Assembly: GCA_963720545.1 (NCBI GenBank) | Contig: OY970399.1 | Coordinates: forward strand, 2,752,001 to 2,816,000 | DNA from: an uncultured Acidobacteriota bacterium | Lineage (GTDB): Bacteria > Acidobacteriota > Vicinamibacteria > Fen-336 | Length of the DNA: 64,000 nucleotides | Direction of reading: 5' to 3' | Shown here: in pieces, positions 60,686 to 64,000 of the stretch | Layout: each line of letters starts with the position of its first letter | Numbering within the stretch: the first letter of the stretch is position 1 | The notes under the pieces: model-generated | Seen by the model: the letters and a program-made list of their open reading frames with translations, nothing else | Told to the model about the DNA's origin: nothing | Database searches by the model: none | Translations under genes and position numbers: made by a program

Positions 60686-61254
60686 GCCCAGCGCCGAAGG
60701 TCGTTTTCGACGAAGCGACCATCACGGAACGTGTCGAGAGCCTGGGCGCCGATATCTCTTCGGCCTACCCCGGCGGCCGCCTCGGTGTCGTTTCCCTCGT
60801 CTCGGGCGCCCTGGTCTTCACCGCCGACCTGGTGCGCGCCATCGACCTCGACGTGGACCTGCACGTCCTGCGGGTGAGCTCGGCTCCGGAACAACCGCAC
60901 GGGCCGATGCGTACCGATATCATGTACGCGGGTCATATTCCCTACGAAGGGCGGGAGATCCTGGTGGTTTGCGACCTGATCTCCACCGGGGTGACACTCA
61001 CGTTCCTGGTCGAACACATCCGCGGACGCAACCCGCGGAGCGTGCGGATTTGCACGCTTCTCGATCGGCCGGATGAGCGTAAGATCGATCTCAGGCCCGA
61101 TTGGGCGGCTTTCAGCCTCAAGGAAGGCGTTCACGGGTTCATGGTGGGATACGGCCTGGGCCATGACGGCCGCTACTGCGGCTTGCGGTACCTCGCTGAA
61201 ATCCCGCACCCTCCCCGAGCAACGGACCGGCAAAAAGCGGTGTCCAAGGGCTAG
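60682..61254 (+). CDS. hpt: Hypoxanthine phosphoribosyltransferase-like protein, degenerate active site
   Basis: tilS-hpt-ftsH synteny; F.ADLVR, LLD, FMVGYGL; PRPP loop reads VVCDLISTGVTL. Confidence 0.8.
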   Translation: MSPAPKVVFDEATITERVESLGADISSAYPGGRLGVVSLVSGALVFTADLVRAIDLDVDLHVLRVSSAPEQPHGPMRTDIMYAGHIPYEGREILVVCDLISTGVTLTFLVEHIRGRNPRSVRICTLLDRPDERKIDLRPDWAAFSLKEGVHGFMVGYGLGHDGRYCGLRYLAEIPHPPRATDRQKAVSKG

Positions 61255-61295
61255 GGGACGCTCGTGACGTCGTACTGGAGGCGTAGACTTATATC

Positions 61296-63226
<1,931 letters not shown>

Positions 63227-63230
<4 letters not shown>

Positions 63231-64000
63231 TCGCGGCGACGCGGCGCAGGCACCGGATCCGCCTGCGCGGCGCCTGGCACGACCTGGGCGCCGAAACCTG
63301 GGTGATGGGGGTGATCAACACCACCCCCGATTCGTTCTCGGACGGTGGCCTGCACCTGCGCGCCGCCGACGCGATCGCGGCCGGCGAGGCGATGGCCCTG
63401 GCTGGCGCCCGCATCCTCGACATCGGCGGCGAATCGACGCGCCCTGGCGGCGCCGCCCGCGTGAGCGCTGCCGAAGAAGCAGACCGCGTGCTGCCGGTCG
63501 TCGCAGCCCTGCGCGCTCGCAGCGGGGCGTTTCTCTCGATCGACACCACCCGGTCCGAGGTCGCCGAGGCGGCGCTCGCCGCCGGCGCCGACATCGTCAA
63601 CGACATCAGCGGCCTCACTTTCGACCTGCGCCTGGGCGAAGTCGCGGCACGCCGCGGCGCGCCGATCGTCCTCATGCACCTGCGCGGCAGCTTCGACACG
63701 ATGCACCGCGCACCGCACTACGGGAGCGTGCTGGCGGAAGTGGCGAGCGAGCTGCGCGCGGCGCAGGAGCGCGCGCACGCCTGTGGCATCGCCGCGGACA
63801 TGGTCCTGCTCGACCCCGGCATCGGCTTCGCCAAGGACGCGGCGCATAGCCTCGAGGTGCTGCGCGAGCTGCCCGCCTACCAGTCGCTCGACCGTCCGCT
63901 GGTCGTCGGAGTGTCGCGCAAGAGTTTCCTCGGCAAGGTGCTCGACCTGCCGGCGGGCGAGCGGCTGCACGGCACCTCGGCGGCGGTCGCCGCCAGCATC
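63227..64000 (+). CDS. folP: Dihydropteroate synthase, 3' truncated (start 63227-63305)
   Basis: [53 protein letters not shown]; absent from ORF track because no stop lies in the window. Confidence 0.95.

Overview
High-GC (roughly 70%, estimated by eye) bacterial chromosomal segment. Gene content and style suggest an Acidobacteriota/Vicinamibacteria-like organism (inference only). About 53 genes, with no phage, IS, integron or CRISPR array. Housekeeping genes: grpE, tsaD, mtnA, moeA/moaC, pdxS/pdxT, tatA, pal, gmhA, uvrA, dus, rlmN, and tRNA(CAT)-tilS-hpt-ftsH-folP. These are mixed with many predicted exported hydrolases (S9, S45, M13, M19, M29-like, two tandem M4, CehA/McbA, DUF885, GH5-like) and two Ser/Thr kinase-TPR proteins. 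The strongest unannotated signal is a putative ribosome-mediated transcription attenuator in front of a metB-like/aspartokinase-like/metC-like operon: a 40-aa Met/Thr/Ile-rich leader peptide, a GC terminator with a long U tract, and a competing antiterminator. Other signals: a 400-bp inverted-repeat-bounded structured element next to uvrA; overlapping leaderless divergent promoters with an 11-bp palindromic operator for a MocR-decarboxylase-pdxST unit; a putative secreted emfourin-like inhibitor behind tandem M4 proteases; a eukaryote-Dus3-like dihydrouridine synthase; and several probable pseudo-enzymes (Hpt, HPD-less J protein, M29-like). Three apparent single-base frameshifts may be sequencing errors.
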